Below are positions 7,016 through 10,906 of a DNA stretch of 10,906 bases, one piece after another (positions within the stretch are counted from its first letter, which is position 1; every line of letters starts with the position of its first letter). Under the pieces are notes generated by a model. It did not search any database. It saw nothing but the letters and a program-made list of their open reading frames with translations, and was not told where the DNA came from. Source of the stretch: Octopus sinensis (taxonomy: Eukaryota); contig NW_021827377.1 of assembly GCF_006345805.1 (NCBI RefSeq), forward strand, positions 1 through 10,906, written 5' to 3'. The position numbers were made by a program, and so were the translations under genes.

Positions 7016-7470
7016 GGTGGAGGATGAGATGTTGTGGGGAGGGAAGTGGGAATCCGGAAGCAGTTAAGGGTGGTGGGGGTCTAGCAATGATAGGGGTAGT
7101 ATTGGTAGAAGTAGTGTTGGTGTGGGAGGTAGTGCGGTGTAATAGGGTGGAGGATGGATGGTGATATGGATGAAAGGGTAACGGAAGGTTTTTTGGAGGA
7201 TTGGTGAGTGTAAGGTAATGGCGGTGGTGAGGTGGTGATGATGATAGTGATGCTGATGGTATTGGTAGTGGTTGTGTTGGTGGTGGTGGGGTAATAATGG
7301 TGTGATGATGGTGGTGATGATGCTGGTGCCGATGGTGAATGCGATGGTGCTGCTGATGATAGTGGTGGGGGTGATGATAGTGGTGGTGGTGGTGGTAATG
7401 GTGGTAAGGACTATGAGGATGGTGATGGTGATGATTATGGTGAGGATGGTGGTGGTGGTGATGGTGGTGG

Positions 7471-7511
7471 TGTTTCTTGGTGGTAGTGTTTCTTGGTGGT
7501 AGTGTTTCTTG
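7471..7511. repeat. 16-bp tandem repeat x2.6 (TGTTTCTTGGTGGTAG)
   Basis: Direct reading; non-triplet period. Confidence 0.9.
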
Positions 7512-7527
7512 ATGGTGGTGGTTCTGA

Positions 7528-7566
<39 letters not shown>

Positions 7567-7879
7567 TGGTGGTGGTGTTGGTGGTGGTGGTGGTGGTGGT
7601 GGTGGTGGAGGTGGTAAGGTGGGGTGAGGTTGATAGTGGTGTGTGATGGTGATGGCGGTTCTGATGATGATGATGATGATGATGAATATGATGATGAGAG
7701 TGGCGTTGGTGATGTGTTGGTGTTGATGGTGATGATGATGATGATGACAGTGGTTATGGTGATGGTGTTAAAGGTGGTGGGGTGGAGAGTCAAAAGGGAT
7801 GATGTGCAGAGGTACCATAAAATTGGTCGTGGGTAGTAGAATGGTGCTTGTCGTAGTAAGAGGAGCAGGGAGAGTCGAT

Positions 7880-7911
<32 letters not shown>

Positions 7912-8864
7912 GATGGTGGTAGAGGCGGCGGTGTAAGTTGTGGTGGTCTGGAGTAGAGGGAAGAGATGTTCGAAGAGTGGCAGAAAATTGAAGTTCGATG
8001 ATGATGATGACGACGCCGACGATAACGACGACGATGGTGATGATGATGCTGAGGATAATGAGGAGGGGGAGGAGGGGTATAATGGCAGTTGTCGTGGTGT
8101 TGGTGGTGGTGGTGGTGGTGGAGAAGGTTGCAGTGGTGTTGATGCTGCCGGTGATTTTCATGATGGTTGTGATGGTGATGGTAAATGGAAGTTTAAGTGA
8201 TGCAAAATGGCAGTGATGGCAGCGGAGATGGTGGCGATGGTGACGGCGGTGGTGGTGGCGGTGGCGGCAGTGGGCATAATGGTGCTGGTAGCAGTGGCAG
8301 TTGTGGTGGTGGTGGTGGTGCTGGTGCTGGTGGTGGTGGTGGTGCTGGTGCTGGTGGTGGTAGCTAGCGTTAGTCGGTAATGAAGGGAGAGATGGAACAG
8401 AAATGAAGATAGTAGTGGTGGAATTGGCGGTGTGGTGGCAGTAATCAATCGCTATAGGATAAGGAGTGAGGTTGGGTTGGGGGTGGGTAGGTGGTGATGC
8501 ATGGTTAGAAAGGAGATATTGAGATAGACCAGAAACGTCGAGGATGTGGGGTATATGGTGGTGGTGGTGGTGGTAGTGGTGGTGGTGGTGGTGGTGGTGA
8601 TGTTAGTGGTGGTGATGTGGTGATAGTAGTGATAATGGTGGGGTGGGTTGATGCAGTGGTGGTCGTGAGGTCGTGGGGGTGGTTGGAGTGGTGGTGGTGG
8701 TGGTGGGTTGTGGTCTTGTTTGTTTGTGGTGTGTGCTGTGGCGGGTGATGCGTGATAGTGGTAGTGGTCGTGGTGGTTGTGATCGTGGTGGTCATCGTGG
8801 AACTCGTGGTGGAGTGTGCAAGTAAAGATCAGAGAAGGCTGGGAGAGCGCGTCGGCAAAGACAA

Positions 8865-8868
8865 ATAT

Positions 8869-8899
<31 letters not shown>

Positions 8900-8975
8900 G
8901 TGTGTTGTGTGTGTGTGTGTGTGTGCGTGTGTGTGCGCGCGCGCGTTTGTATGTATGTATGAATGTATGTATGTG
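8865..8975. repeat. (GT)n / (GC)n / (GTAT)n microsatellite
   Basis: Alternating purine-pyrimidine run with (GC)5G at 8935-8945. Confidence 0.95.
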
Positions 8976-9011
8976 TATGGATTGGGCTCTTGAAATAGCA
9001 AGTGAAATGTC

Positions 9012-9066
9012 AGTGCCCCAGTATGACCGCAATCCTTGGGGTGGACAGGTAAAAGAGTAAAGAGAT
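9012..9066 (+). mobile_element. 3'-terminal remnant of an old SINE
   Basis: AGTGCCCCAGTATGACCGCAATCC...GTAAAAGAGTAAAGAGA resembles the SINE1 end GGTGCTCCAGCATGGCCGCAGTC...GTAAAAGAGA. Confidence 0.55.
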
Positions 9067-9075
9067 ACGCATGTC

Positions 9076-9096
9076 TATATAATATATATATATATA

Positions 9097-9167
<71 letters not shown>

Positions 9168-9183
9168 TATATATATTATATAT
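9076..9183. repeat. (TA)n microsatellite
   Basis: Direct reading. Confidence 0.95.
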
Positions 9184-9528
9184 AGGTGCAGGGCGTGGGT
9201 GAGTAGCTTGCTTCCCAGCCACATGACTCCGGGTTCAGTTCCCACTGCGTGGTACCTTGGGCAAGTGTCTTCTACCAAAGCCTCGGGCCGACCAAATCCC
9301 TGTGATGGATTTGGCAGACGGAAACTGAAAGAAGCCCGTCGTATATATATGTGTGTGTGTGTTTGTCCCCCAACATCGCTTAACAACCGATGTTGGTGTG
9401 CTTACGTCCCCGTAACTTAGCGGTTCGGCAAAAGGCTTACAAAGAATAAGTCCTGGGATCGATTTGCTCAGCTAAAAGGCGGTGCTCCAGCATGGCCACA
9501 GTCAAATGACTGAAACAAGTAAAAGAGT
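9184..9528 (+). mobile_element. SINE3 (SINE1 family) with internal deletions
   Basis: Colinear with SINE1 from AGGTGCAGG to GAAACAAGTAAAAGAG. Confidence 0.92.
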
Positions 9529-9545
9529 ATATACGTATGATATGA

Positions 9546-10906
9546 TATGATTCTGCTCTGGCCAGTGACGTAATCGGAATATATACTCTTTCATTAATCC
9601 AGTTTTCCTTTCCGGAAGTAACAGGGGTTCTATATAGGGTGACGCCTTATTTTTTCTGGACAGAAGTAGCGAAGTACAGTTAGAAAGGCATAGGAAAATT
9701 TTCTTTAGACTTTAAAAAAATTTATGACTAAACATTACTATGAATAAAGATTATCGTAAAGTGATTTTTTTTTACGCTACCTCTGTCTTGATACTGGATT
9801 ACTTGAACCATTTCATAAGCCAAATGATCATATTAAGTACGTTAACGTAGCATCCAACCACCCACCCTCGATTATACGGGGACTCGTTAAGAATATTTCT
9901 ACAAGAATCTCTAGATCTCCGCTAATAATAAAATTTAGCTAATCTCCGCTAATAGTAAAGTTTTTGAATCTCATGCATTTTATTATAATGCTGCTCTAGC
10001 TAGGACTGGGTACTCTGAAAAAAGTCAATACATACAAGAGGGAGGCGTACACAACACGGGTAATTCCTCCAACTGTGATACACGTTGTATACCACCACAG
10101 GAGGCGCAATGACCCAGACCGGGCGTTGTGAGTGTTTATTGAGCGAAAACACCTAAAGCTCCACGAGGCTCCGGCAGGGATGGTGGTGATCCCTGCTGTA
10201 CTCTTTCACCACAACTTTCTCTCACTTTTACTTCCTGTTTCTGTTGTACCTGTATTTCAAATGGGCGGCCTTGTCACTCTCTGTGTCACGCTGAATATCC
10301 CCGAGAACTGCGTTAAGGGTACACGTGTCTGTGGAGTGCTCAGCCACTTACATGTTAATTTCATGAGCAGGCTGTTCCACCACCACCACAACGTTACGGC
10401 TTGAGAACTCACTCAGAAAAAGAATACAGGCCGGAAAGAATCGGTCATATCAATGAACTACCAATGAAAACTCATAGACACACGCGACATAATAAAATAA
10501 CTGCTTATTCCAATCTTGCACAACACGCTCGATCAATAAAGCCTAACAACAGATACAGGAATCAGGATGTCCTCTGGTTCAACCCGATTTACGGTTTGCA
10601 TGTTTCAACAAAGATCGCTGGAAAATGTTTTGTTGCTTTGGACAAGTGTTTACTTAAATCTAATCGGTATCATGCTATTTTTAATCGACATACCGTAAAT
10701 GTGTCCTACGCCAACTCTGCAAATTTAGAGCAGCTTATGCATCGCATAAACAATAGTAAAAGGCGGCAAATACCAACTACGCTACATCTACCTACTGGAT
10801 CTAGGAAACATTTGCATCTAAATACCAACGAAGGAGATGTAAACTGCAATGATGAATACCAACTACGATCAATTTGTAGTAGTAGAAATACTTATGATAC
10901 AGCTAA
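9546..10906 (+). pseudogene. Second PLE reverse transcriptase pseudogene (PLE2): palm, thumb and linker, running off the window end
   Basis: Stitched translation: YDSALASDVIGIY...LYR(g-t)DAL...ERHRKIF...LNIT...LDTGLLEPFHKPND..YVNVASNHPPSII...YYNAALARTGYSEK...[SINE4]...DVLWFNPIYG..VSTKIAGKCF..LDK...RYHAIFNRHTVNVSY. There are frameshifts near 9639, 9780 and 9914, and stops at 9713, 9725 and 9936. Confidence 0.88.
10100..10381 (+). mobile_element. SINE4, a second SINE family, internally deleted, inserted in PLE2
   Basis: Perfect 9-bp TSD ACCACCACA at 10091-10099 and 10382-10390; excision rejoins the PLE2 frame. The body matches a recalled octopus SINE (not verified). Confidence 0.8.

Larger units (their letters stand above)
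6049..8815. repeat. Compound trinucleotide low-complexity block, G/T-rich on + (GGT, AGT, GAT, GTT)
   Basis: Direct reading; opposite polarity to 4351-5840. Confidence 0.95.

Noticed and set aside
6842-7027. RGG-box-like reading GGRGGRGGRGGRGDRGDR
   Set aside because: Short stop-bounded frame with no ATG or splice support; a product of the 9-bp repeat.
4228-8800. Dozens of His-, Thr-, Val-, Pro-, Gln- or Cys-rich ORFs on both strands
   Set aside because: They are readouts of triplet repeats with few stops and overlap in several frames. The arrays have non-triplet indels and a 16-bp period, and no recognisable domain is present.

Overview
Eukaryotic, AT-rich, almost entirely repeat-derived DNA. 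It is most likely octopus or another coleoid cephalopod, judged from recalled SINE sequences rather than a search. I see no credible host gene. The window opens with the 3' part of a decayed Penelope-like element (PLE): RT thumb, GIY-YIG endonuclease, then a degenerate hammerhead ribozyme (HHR). A second degenerate HHR lies on the minus strand beyond two (TA)n tracts. Positions 1840-4349 are a four-level nest: old SINE > hAT/Charlie MITE > SINE > AT-rich insert with a ~320-bp palindrome. A young SINE and a Tigger-like MITE sit in the same old SINE. Positions 4351-8815 are simple repeats whose strand polarity flips near 5853. The window closes with a second, divergent PLE RT pseudogene that the ORF track misses, interrupted by a TSD-flanked SINE. 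Nearly all listed ORFs are by-products of simple repeats or SINEs. All alignments and folds were done by eye.
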